From assembly GCF_000020025.1 (NCBI RefSeq), contig NC_010628.1, positions 3,660,001 to 3,692,000 of the forward strand: a DNA stretch of 32,000 bases, written 5' to 3'. Under the pieces are notes generated by a model, which saw nothing but the letters and a program-made list of their open reading frames with translations, made no database searches and had not been told where the DNA came from. The position numbers and the translations under genes are program-made. Positions 10,278 through 17,561 of this stretch are shown here, piece by piece. This stretch comes from Nostoc punctiforme PCC 73102. GTDB taxonomy: Bacteria > Cyanobacteriota > Cyanobacteriia > Cyanobacteriales > Nostocaceae. The first letter of the stretch is position 1; every line of letters starts with the position of its first letter.

Positions 10278-12410
10278 ATGAAACTGCTTATCGTTGAGAA
10301 TGATCAAGATACGGCGGCTGCTCTCACCACTTCTTTGGTAGCACAGCAGTTTACAGTTGATACCGCTAGTGATAGTCGATCGGCACTAGAGTTAGCTGAG
10401 GCAACAGAGTATGACCTGATCGTGCTAGATGTTATGCTACCCGATGAGAATGGAATTCGTCTGTGTCGCCAACTAAGGACACAGAATCAGCAAGAGCCTA
10501 TTTTGCTGCTCACAGGGAAGGTTGATCCGGCAGATAGAATAGCAGGCTTTGAGGCAGGAGCAGATGACTATATTACTAAACCCTACGAGCTATCAGAACT
10601 GCTAGCTCGGATTCGGGCATTACTGCGACGAGGCAGCACAGTATTAACCAAAGTACTCTGCTGGGGTCAGTTGCAGCTCGATCCGAATAATTGCGAAGTC
10701 ATGTGTCAAGGCAAAGGCTTACATCTCACGCCTAAAGAATACAAACTGCTGGAGCTATTTTTGCGACATCCGCGGCAGATTTTTGACCGAAGGACTCTGC
10801 TTGATCGCATCTGTTCGATTGATGAATGTCCCGGTGAAGAAGCTGTAACAACTCAAATTCGCGGGTTGCGGCGCAAACTCCAGATGGCTGGGCTGAATTC
10901 CGATCCAATTGAAACATTGTATGGGCTGGGGTATCGGCTGAAATCTGTGCCAGAAGAGCGGGAGCAGGGGTCGGAGCAAGGACACGGGGATACGGAGACA
11001 CGGGGACAAGGGGACACGGGGAATATATTTGATAGGCTCTCCGCGTTACCCTTTGGGGTCACCAGTCGCCACAAGTCTTTGCCTTCTGGGTTCGGAAGTG
11101 ACGCTCCTAACGTCGCTAACGCTGCGCTAACGGACTCGACGGGAAAGGGAGCCACTCCGGTCTTGGGATCTCCCCAAGTGGAGAATGCGGCATCCAAGAC
11201 TCCGACTTCTTCACCGCAAAGCGGCTCAGTCCAAGGTGCTGGTTCACCGCATCTCCCCATCTCTGCGTCTTCCTCATCCTACCTGCTGAATGCAAATCGA
11301 TATGATGCAGAGGCGGAGGCAGTGGCGGCAATTCAGCAGATGTGGCAGGATTCTCAGGAGCGATTGCAGGGCCAACTAGGAAAGCTGGAGGAGGCGATCG
11401 CCCACCTCTCTACTAATACTCTTACCCTTGACCTACGGCAGTTCGCCCACACCGTCGCCCATCGGCTGATTGGCTCCTTGGGGGCATTTGGTATGCCGCA
11501 AGCAGCAGAACTTGCCCGCCAGATCGAACGCACCTTGAAAACACCAACGGCTGCTGTGCAATCAGAGGAAGCGGTTCAACTAAAATCGCTGCTTGGGCAA
11601 CTGAGACAAGTTATCCAGCTGTTACCCACTTTTGCGACAACATCGCCCACTCTAGTACTGAAGTCTAGCGATCGCGTGGTTTTGTTGATTGATGATGATA
11701 CTGACTTGATTGAGCGAATGCAGGCAAATGCTTCAAACTGGAGCATTCACCTGGAAACCGTCACTGACCTTACCCTCGCCCGCCAACGCCTTCAGTACCT
11801 CACGCCCGATGCCATCATATTGGATCTTATCTTTCCCAATACCACCGAAAGCGGCTTGACCCTACTGGCACAGTTGAAGCACCAATTTCCCACTATTCCT
11901 GTGCTGGTGCTGACAGGACTTGGCGATTTAACCAAGCGCGTGGAAGTCACCCGTTTAGGAGCCAACGCCTTTTTGCAAAAGCCTGCCACGCCTACCGAAG
12001 TGTTTCAAGCCGTCAGCCAACTCCTCCACCGGATTGACACTATCAATGCCAGACTGCTCATTGTGGATGACGATCCGGCATTGTTGTCCATGTTAGAAGC
12101 CCAACTGCAACTGTGGGGCTTTCAGGTCACAACCTTGGCAGATTCAAGCCAGTTTTGGCAATACTTGGAAGCCACCACTCCCGATCTGCTATTGCTGGAT
12201 GTCGCTATGCCGGGGTTTAGCGGCATTGAACTATGCCAGGTAGTCAAGAGCGATCCGCGTTGGAGTCGGCTACCTGTGTTGTTGTTATCGGCTCATGCCG
12301 ATGCTGATACCCTGTACCGGGCCCTAGCAGCGGGGGCAGATGACTATATCTTAAAACCAATCGTAGAAGCCGATTTGATTCAGCGAATTTTAAATTTCAA
12401 TTCCTGGTAG
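10278..12410 (+). CDS. Multidomain response regulator: REC - OmpR-type winged helix - repeat-derived linker - HPt - REC - REC
   Basis: 710 aa. REC1 has DLIVLDVMLPD...ITKP. The wHTH region reads LHLTPKEYKLLELFLRHPRQIF...YGLGYRL. HPt has VAHRLIGSLGAFGMPQAAELARQIE. REC2 has DAIILDLIFP...LQKP. REC3 has DLLLLDVAMPGFSG...ILKP. Confidence 0.85.
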   Translation: MKLLIVENDQDTAAALTTSLVAQQFTVDTASDSRSALELAEATEYDLIVLDVMLPDENGIRLCRQLRTQNQQEPILLLTGKVDPADRIAGFEAGADDYITKPYELSELLARIRALLRRGSTVLTKVLCWGQLQLDPNNCEVMCQGKGLHLTPKEYKLLELFLRHPRQIFDRRTLLDRICSIDECPGEEAVTTQIRGLRRKLQMAGLNSDPIETLYGLGYRLKSVPEEREQGSEQGHGDTETRGQGDTGNIFDRLSALPFGVTSRHKSLPSGFGSDAPNVANAALTDSTGKGATPVLGSPQVENAASKTPTSSPQSGSVQGAGSPHLPISASSSSYLLNANRYDAEAEAVAAIQQMWQDSQERLQGQLGKLEEAIAHLSTNTLTLDLRQFAHTVAHRLIGSLGAFGMPQAAELARQIERTLKTPTAAVQSEEAVQLKSLLGQLRQVIQLLPTFATTSPTLVLKSSDRVVLLIDDDTDLIERMQANASNWSIHLETVTDLTLARQRLQYLTPDAIILDLIFPNTTESGLTLLAQLKHQFPTIPVLVLTGLGDLTKRVEVTRLGANAFLQKPATPTEVFQAVSQLLHRIDTINARLLIVDDDPALLSMLEAQLQLWGFQVTTLADSSQFWQYLEATTPDLLLLDVAMPGFSGIELCQVVKSDPRWSRLPVLLLSAHADADTLYRALAAGADDYILKPIVEADLIQRILNFNSW
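10984..11023 (+). repeat. Octamer tandem repeat ACGGGGAY x5 inside the response-regulator ORF
   Basis: ACGGGGAT ACGGAGAC ACGGGGAC AAGGGGAC ACGGGGAA, translated as GDTETRGQGDTGN. Two units of the same repeat occur intergenically at 19379-19394. Confidence 0.8.
11075..11236. repeat. Composite SDR block inside the response-regulator ORF, homologous to intergenic 26003-26163
   Basis: Aligned by eye: GTCTTTGCC..GGGT..GACGCTCCT(A/G)(A/C)GTCGCTAACGCT(G/A)CGCTAACGGA..CTCGACGGGAA..GAGCCAC...CCCCAAGTGGAG(A/G)ATG(C/T)GGCATCCAAGACT... is shared with the groEL-hspA spacer. Confidence 0.75.
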
Positions 12411-12796
12411 GGATTTAAAATAAGGGACTTCCAAATAAAAAAATAATCAATCACTGTGTTATCAGGGGAGCAGGGGGAGTAAGAAAAATAGAATTATGAA
12501 TAAATTGGATCATTTATTTCTTGGAAATTCCTAATTAGTAATTGATACTTCATCCCTTAGAGCTGATTCGTAAAGAAAATCTTAAGGGTACTTAACTCAT
12601 TACTAGGTCTGAGTTTCAGCGAATAAGCGCTTTATTAACTTAAATGCCTAAAACCCTTACTAGACAAGTAGTTTACTTTAGTTTACAAATTAGCTCTCAA
12701 GGGATTGATTCAAATAATGATGCTAGCGGCAATGCTACGCGAACGTACTTTGTTATTTTCCATCAATCAATTTAGTAGTCTGCCAAGCTAACTTTG

Positions 12797-13527
12797 CTAT
12801 GTTAAATTTGGATATAAACGCTCCATTTTTCGGCGAGCATCTTTGGTTTGAAAACCCCAATAAACACTAGCTTTTTGCTGATTACGTTTTTTCTCCCAAG
12901 CGGCAATCTCAGAAGTTAATGTTTCTGCATTAGGAATACGCCGTTCTAAACATTGGCGAGATAAAACAGATAATTCGATTTCTACCTGATTCAGCCCTTC
13001 GGGTTCGCCAGTTGCTTCAAGTCGGGGAACCCGCCCAACGCACTGGCTCACCAAGAAGCGTGTTTAGGAGTATAGTGAAACTCTAACTTTTGAATAATTC
13101 GACGTGCTTCTTCTGGTGGAAAAACTTCATATAATGCATTGGGTGTATGAATATTCAAGTTATCAACTACTAAACGAATAACATCGGCATCTCGGTAGGA
13201 AACATCTACTAAATTTTTCATTTGTTTAGCAAAATCGGCTTTAGTTCGACGTTCTGTAACTTCGATATGCCGCCATCCAGCCAAGGGTTGAAAACATGCG
13301 AATAAATTTACTGTCCCGTTACGTTTATACTCAAAATCATAACGTTCAGGTTGCTCTGGCTGTGGTGGCAAAGGAAGTCTTACTTCTTCTACTAATTGGT
13401 ATGGACGTTCATCAAAGCAGACTACAGGGCGTTTAGGATCATAAGGCTCATTGTATAAATCCAGCACATCTTCCATTCGGAAAACATATTCTGCGTTAAC
13501 TTCAGGAATACACCATTGTTCTTTCAA
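12797..13527 (-). pseudogene. IS630 transposase DDE part, disrupted by a 56-bp SDR
   Basis: EQWCIPEV...[11 protein letters not shown]...NLNIHTP...[10 protein letters not shown] is followed by a stop. The expected continuation LNQVEIELSVLSRQCLERRIPN resumes 56 bp later in another frame. Confidence 0.8.
12995..13050. repeat. 56-bp SDR inserted in the IS630 transposase
   Basis: It separates HASW from LNQVEIE. On the minus strand it reads TGAGCCAGTGCGTTGGGCGGGTTCCCCGACTTGAAGCAACTGGCGAACCCGAAGGG, homologous to 7714-7767. Confidence 0.7.
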
Positions 13528-13964
13528 CCAAGGCTTAATTTCATTTTTTTTAAAGTTTGACGTACTGTTTCATCTGAGATTGAATCTATGATACCAACGT
13601 TCACTAAATGATCTGCTAATAATTGCATTGTCCAACGCACTCTTCCTTCTGGCGGATTAGAACAAGCTGTTGCAATCAAAAATGCTTCTTGCTTTTCATC
13701 TAATTTTTTATGTTTTGGTGGATGAACTTCATCCTTTAAAGCAAAATCTAACCCTCCAATGACAAATTTTTCTCGTATTCGTTGCACTGTTGCAACATGC
13801 GCTCTAACTATGCTAGCGATCGCTTGATCCGTTTCTCCTTCGGAAGCCATCAAAAGAATGTTTGCACGGCTTATGGTTCTTGCCTTATGCTTACCTTTCT
13901 TAATTATCGATTGCAGTTGGGAAACTTCATCTTCATTCAAGTCAACAATGTACTTTTTTGCCAT
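13524..13964 (-). CDS. IS630 transposase, N-terminal HTH part (orfA, upstream of the A8 slippery run)
   Basis: 146 aa with HTH-rich sequence ([37 protein letters not shown]). It ends just after the run of eight A residues (minus strand; 13544-13551 on the plus strand). Confidence 0.8.
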   Translation of the reverse strand: MAKKYIVDLNEDEVSQLQSIIKKGKHKARTISRANILLMASEGETDQAIASIVRAHVATVQRIREKFVIGGLDFALKDEVHPPKHKKLDEKQEAFLIATACSNPPEGRVRWTMQLLADHLVNVGIIDSISDETVRQTLKKMKLSLG

Positions 13965-14098
13965 GTTACACCCCGTTTTTGGCTATTTTACCAATTAGAG
14001 GTTTTACTTAGCAAAGTTACCTTGGTAGACTATTAGAGAGAAGTTGGATCGCATGAAACCAGATTAAATCTAACGCCCCTTCATTACGAATTGGTATT

Positions 14099-14482
14099 AT
14101 GTCCTCTTATACAAATCGATGCATCCTGGTGATTGACGACGAACCTGACCTGTGCAGCATTGTCAAGTTCACGCTAGAACGCCTCAAAAGCTGGAAAATC
14201 CTCACAGCTGAGTCTGCACAGGCAGGACTGATGCAGGCAGAAACGCAGCAACCAGACGTGATTTTACTCGATCTGAGCCTGTATGGTGAAGATAGACTGA
14301 CTATGCTGCAATCTTTGAAAACTAATCCGACTACGCAGTCGATTCCGGTTATCTTGTTTACCGCCACAGACCCGTCAGACGATTCGCTGGGATTTGACCC
14401 CTCTGAATTTGTTGGAGTGATCCTGAAGCCGTTCAATGTCTTGCAGCTTGGCGAGCAGATTATTGAGCAACTGGGGTGGTGA
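14099..14482 (+). CDS. Single-domain CheY-like response regulator
   Basis: 127 aa. Motifs VIDDEPD, DVILLDLSL and ILKPF (conserved acidic pocket, phospho-Asp and Lys). Confidence 0.85.
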   Translation: MSSYTNRCILVIDDEPDLCSIVKFTLERLKSWKILTAESAQAGLMQAETQQPDVILLDLSLYGEDRLTMLQSLKTNPTTQSIPVILFTATDPSDDSLGFDPSEFVGVILKPFNVLQLGEQIIEQLGW

Positions 14483-14799
14483 GGTTAGAGTGCAATGCCT
14501 TTTTTATGGAAGAGACGCAAAGCAAAGAAAGGGGATGCGGAGATATTTTATATCAAATCCAGCTAATCACTTAATTATTAAAATTTCCCTGCGTCATCTT
14601 AAGCTGTTGCGCCTACAAGTTGCACCATTTTCATTGTAAATAAAAGCTGCAAACCCTCTCCCTTGCTCCCTGCTCCCTGCCCCTCTGCGGTCTCAATGTG
14701 CAAATTAAATGATTAACAGTTTATTAATGTTTTCTGTATTAACCTGCGATCGCATGTAACCAGCAGTGTTGACAAATATATATTACAAGTGTAGTACAA

Positions 14800-15110
14800 T
14801 GATTATGATTACAAATACTACAAATATTCGACGATCAGCAGATTCTCCTCAACCATTAATAGCGGCATGTATTGCCACAAGCGCAAGGGTTTAGGCAGAA
14901 TACTCGCGCTGTTTGCGTTTGAGGGAAAGTATCCATATTCAGGCAGTAAATCTGCAAATATTGACATTTTTGGAGCGATTACTGGATGGCTGAATCCAAA
15001 TCAACTTATTCAAAGCGGGAGGTGCAAATGTCTTCTAGCACCAAGATAAGGCAAAAAGTATCAACTACCTGACCCCCGCTCTTGATAACCAGAGGCGGGG
15101 GTTATTTTTT
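14800..15110 (+). ncRNA. Candidate ~300-nt non-coding transcript or regulatory leader (unclassified)
   Basis: TTGACA (14769-14774) is followed after 17 nt by TAGTAC and after 20 nt by TACAAT. The unit ends at a strong intrinsic terminator (15073-15110). Internal hairpins include GGTGC-N12-GCACC and GCAG-N5-CTGC. The only tracked ORF here (14867-15049) lacks an RBS and looks non-protein-like. Confidence 0.3.
15073..15110 (+). terminator. Rho-independent terminator
   Basis: CCCCCGCTCT-tgataacc-AGAGGCGGGGG (one bulge) followed by TTATTTTTT. Confidence 0.75.
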
Positions 15111-15127
15111 GAGGAGTAAATCAACGT

Positions 15128-15659
15128 ATGCAAGCTCAACAGCAGAGTCAGCAACCACATATATTACAAAACTCAGTGGTGGTATTTTCTAAGAACTATC
15201 TACCACTGGCTCGCATCAACATCAAACGCGCCGTCGTGCTGTTAGTCACAGGTCAGGCAGAATCCTTGGAGTTCAGCACTACAAAGCTTTGGGAAGTTCG
15301 CTCTCCTAGTGTCGTACTACAAGTTCCCGAACATCCGCTTGACCGTTGGTAATCCCGAACGGCACTGGAAAGTACCTCCTGTAAATCGGCGTGAAGTACT
15401 CAAGCGAGACAATCATACCTGCCAATACTGTGCTAGCTCCAAGCATCTAACACTAGACCACGTAATCCCCCGTTCAAAAGGTGGACAACATAGCTGGGAT
15501 AACGTTGTAACAGCTTGCGAACGGTGTAATCAGACCAAAGGCGATCGCCTAATTCATGAAGCTGGAATGGTACTGAAAACCAAGCCCAAAGGTCCAATTC
15601 ACCCAGCAGTTGCATTTGCAGAGCAGTTTTGGAGCGCACAACGCTTTAGTGGGAAGTAA
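15128..15659 (+). pseudogene. HNH endonuclease (conserved cyanobacterial ~170-aa type) with an apparent frameshift
   Basis: Two overlapping ORFs (15128-15352 and 15309-15659). The second has the HNH core CQYC...LTLDHVIPRSKGG..SWDNVVTACERCNQTKGDR. Joining ...SVVLQVPEH with IRLTVGNPERHW requires a 2-nt correction at about 15334. RBS GAGGAG lies at 15111-15116. Confidence 0.75.
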
Positions 15660-15683
15660 TTTACACCAATAAACTAAGCCCCA

Positions 15684-15731
15684 GAGAGGGCAATATAGGC
15701 ATTACATAACTCTTGCCCTCTCACTTCTTTT
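15684..15731 (+). terminator. Hairpin plus T-rich tail downstream of the HNH gene
   Basis: Perfect 10-bp stem GAGAGGGCAA / TTGCCCTCTC (15684-15693 and 15713-15722) with a 19-nt loop, followed by ACTTCTTTT. The long loop lowers confidence. Confidence 0.5.
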
Positions 15732-15879
15732 AAAAAGTTTTTAGTATACTCTTGATATGAGTGTAATACGCATGTAACACAAGCGTACTAAAACACTACA
15801 GCCCCTCCAACAGGCATAGCGCAAACACCTCAGAACCTTGAAATCTAAACTTTAAATCTAAATAATTGCTACTCAATGT

Positions 15880-15948
15880 GGGGATGTAGCTCAGTTGGTT
15901 AAGAGCGCCTGTTTGTCGAAGTGAGTTCAAATCCTACCATCCCGACCA
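15880..15948 (+). tRNA. Degenerate tRNA-like sequence (probable tRNA pseudogene) with encoded CCA
   Basis: GGGGATG-TA-GCTC-AGTTGGTTAA-GAGC gives a normal acceptor 5' strand and D arm. The T arm GTGAG-TTCAAAT-CCTAC has one mismatch. The 3' end is CATCCCG-A-CCA. It is only 69 nt and no 3' strand complementary to the anticodon stem (CCTGT) exists. G1 opposes G72. Confidence 0.5.
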
Positions 15949-16068
15949 TTTACCCCTGTGACGTAATTTGTAGACGTAGCTTGCTTAAGCTGACTGGCTC
16001 AATGCGGCAAAGCGATTTCAAGAAGCCGTCCTTCATGCGTTTACAAGTCTCACCAGACAAAGTTTAAT

Positions 16069-16153
16069 GGAAGATGCCGCTAAATGGTCGGCAACTGGTC
16101 TTGAAAACCAGGGTATAGGCAACTGTAGGGGTTCGATTCCTCCATCTTCCACC
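16069..16153 (+). tRNA. Atypical type-II tRNA, anticodon UGA (Ser-like)
   Basis: Acceptor GGAAGAT/ATCTTCC is perfect and extends to 8 bp with G8:C. The D region GCCG-CTAAATGGT-CGGC includes GG. The anticodon stem CTGGT/ACCAG is perfect, with loop CTTGAAA. The long variable arm is TATAG-GCAA-CTGTA. The T arm is GGGG-TTCGATT-CCTC. Discriminator A is followed by CC. Confidence 0.6.
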
Positions 16154-16184
16154 TTCCACCTGAAGCCGAAAAGCGAGGCGCTGT

Positions 16185-16236
16185 GCTGATGCTAAATGTT
16201 GATCAACTTTCGTTTGGATCAACATTTAGCATCAGC
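16185..16236. terminator. Perfect 20-bp hairpin, possible bidirectional terminator
   Basis: GCTGATGCTAAATGTTGATC (16185-16204), a 12-nt loop, then GATCAACATTTAGCATCAGC (16217-16236). It lies 30 nt after the tRNA-like gene and overlaps the 3' end of the minus-strand ORF 16203-16421. Confidence 0.55.
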
Positions 16237-16421
16237 AAAAGTATGAAGAGCAACAGTTTGACAATCCAATGACTGATAGCAACTCCCAAAATGATGCAGA
16301 TCAGCCCGATGACTACTACTAAAACGCGCCACGCATCGTCAGAGATAGTTTTCAAGCCCCGGCAAGAGATGACTACACTAATCGTAACTAAAGCCAAGCC
16401 TATTATTGTCTCTCGCATCAT
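16203..16421 (-). CDS. Possible small two-TM membrane protein
   Basis: 72-aa ORF with two hydrophobic segments. Its last ~11 codons are encoded by the hairpin arm. No family recognised, so it may be spurious. Confidence 0.3.
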   Translation of the reverse strand: MMRETIIGLALVTISVVISCRGLKTISDDAWRVLVVVIGLICIILGVAISHWIVKLLLFILLLMLNVDPNES

Positions 16422-16511
16422 CTCTTCCAGTTCTCGATAACTGAAGGCATAGAGACAATACCACCGGATGGATTGCAGAATGACCTCAGGCAGGAAGTGA
16501 TACTAATTTAT

Positions 16512-16595
16512 AATTCGTAATGACGCGACGCTCCTGCGTCGCTAACGCTTCGCTATCGCGGACTCGCTACCGCTACGCTAACGTAATTCGTAATT
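16512..16595. repeat. SDR (GACGCTCCTGCGTCGCTAACGC... family) inserted in an AATTCGT heptamer array
   Basis: AATTCGTAAT | GACGCGACGCTCCTGCGTCGCTAACGCTTCGCTATCGCGGACTCGCTACCGCTACGCTAACG | TAATTCGTAATT. The core is related to 11098-11135 and 26023-26055. Confidence 0.65.
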
Positions 16596-16661
16596 AAGAC
16601 ATATCGAAAAAGGTTTGATAAAGGCTGTTTACACTAGTTTTTAAGGATGGGAGACTTTCCT

Positions 16662-17561
16662 TTAACTTGAGGTAGGAGCCAGCCAGAGGGCTAAGTTTCG
16701 CACATAGGCTTTAATATGTTCAAGGGCTTGTGGGTTTTGCTTCATCCCATCTCCAGGGGGTTCGGTTACAAAGCTAGGTGCGCCCATATCAACATCCCAA
16801 TTGTAGTCGGCGAAATGGTGGAAGCTTGATTCAGCGATCGCACGTCCTAAAATATTTCCTTGTTCATCCTGCGTATTTTCAAAAGCAACTACTAAGTTGA
16901 AGTCCCGACCGGAGACTGAGCTTGTACCCAAGGCAATTACTCGTGCATTCTTCTCGTTTGCAGGCACACCTACGGCTCCTTCATGGGGATGAGCCGGAAA
17001 GAATTCAATCTCCTCAGAAGGTGATGTAGGATTCTTGAGTAAGTCATGAATAGGTTCTATGGGAGTAATTTTCTCGTAGTCACCATTTAACCCAGAATGG
17101 AAGTTGGGCCAGGAAATATACTTAGTGTAGATGTCATCAGGGTAGTGGTGCGAGGGATCGGGATCGGGATTCTTACTGTGAAAGTAATGGGCTGCGCCGA
17201 CACCACCAAGATTGCAAACCGAACAACCTACATCCTGATGGTCACGGCTGACCAATAAACCGCCGCCGCGCTGACGGAAGGCACTGATGCTCTGACACTC
17301 TTTTGGAGTTATGCCATCCCCTACATCCACAGCAAACAGCCACAGTTCATCAAAATCTGAATTATCCAGCGTACTTAAAACTGGATCGTTTTTTTCAGCA
17401 GTATTTTCTCGATCCCTTGCTGTTACCTGGTACAGGGGTTCCCCAGTGTCACTTTTCAACGAAGCTAAATAGTCCTTTAGCAAAGAAAATCGCCCAATAT
17501 ACCAATCATCTTCATTGGTGGGAATTGTTGTCTGTAACAGAATTTGAATCGGTTTAGTCAT
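16662..17561 (-). CDS. Conserved hypothetical protein (possibly ThuA/GATase1-like fold)
   Basis: 299-aa ORF with protein-like composition. No diagnostic motif was recognised with confidence, so the functional label is a guess. Confidence 0.6.
   Translation of the reverse strand: MTKPIQILLQTTIPTNEDDWYIGRFSLLKDYLASLKSDTGEPLYQVTARDRENTAEKNDPVLSTLDNSDFDELWLFAVDVGDGITPKECQSISAFRQRGGGLLVSRDHQDVGCSVCNLGGVGAAHYFHSKNPDPDPSHHYPDDIYTKYISWPNFHSGLNGDYEKITPIEPIHDLLKNPTSPSEEIEFFPAHPHEGAVGVPANEKNARVIALGTSSVSGRDFNLVVAFENTQDEQGNILGRAIAESSFHHFADYNWDVDMGAPSFVTEPPGDGMKQNPQALEHIKAYVRNLALWLAPTSS

Larger units (their letters stand above)
12776..14032 (-). mobile_element. IS630-family insertion sequence (inactivated copy)
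   Basis: Terminal inverted repeats: GTCTGCCAAGCTAACTTTGCTA (12778-) pairs with the reverse complement GTCTACCAAGGTAACTTTGCTA (ending at 14030). TA flanks both ends (12776-77 and 14031-32), as expected for IS630/Tc1-type TA target duplication. 1257 bp including a 56-bp SDR insert. Confidence 0.85.

Noticed and set aside
10984-11023. Whether the tandem and dispersed repeats (octamers, AATTCGT heptamers, SDR clusters at 16512-16595 and 25920-26200) form a CRISPR array.
   Set aside because: The repeat units are 7-8 nt in direct tandem, or are single nested elements. There is no regular 25-40 nt repeat alternating with unique spacers, and there are no cas genes.
14867-15049. 60-aa ORF inside the candidate non-coding unit.
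   Set aside because: It has no Shine-Dalgarno sequence, an odd Cys/Lys/Gly-rich composition and no family resemblance. The region is better explained as RNA or a leader. The alternative 28-codon ORF is mentioned in the findings.
15880-16153. Whether the two tRNA-like pieces are halves of one intron-containing or split tRNA, or the ends of a tmRNA (GGGG... to ...ACCA).
   Set aside because: Each piece has its own complementary acceptor strands, and the two acceptor sequences do not pair with each other. The intervening 120 nt shows no group I intron or tmRNA tag-ORF and pseudoknot features that I could recognise.
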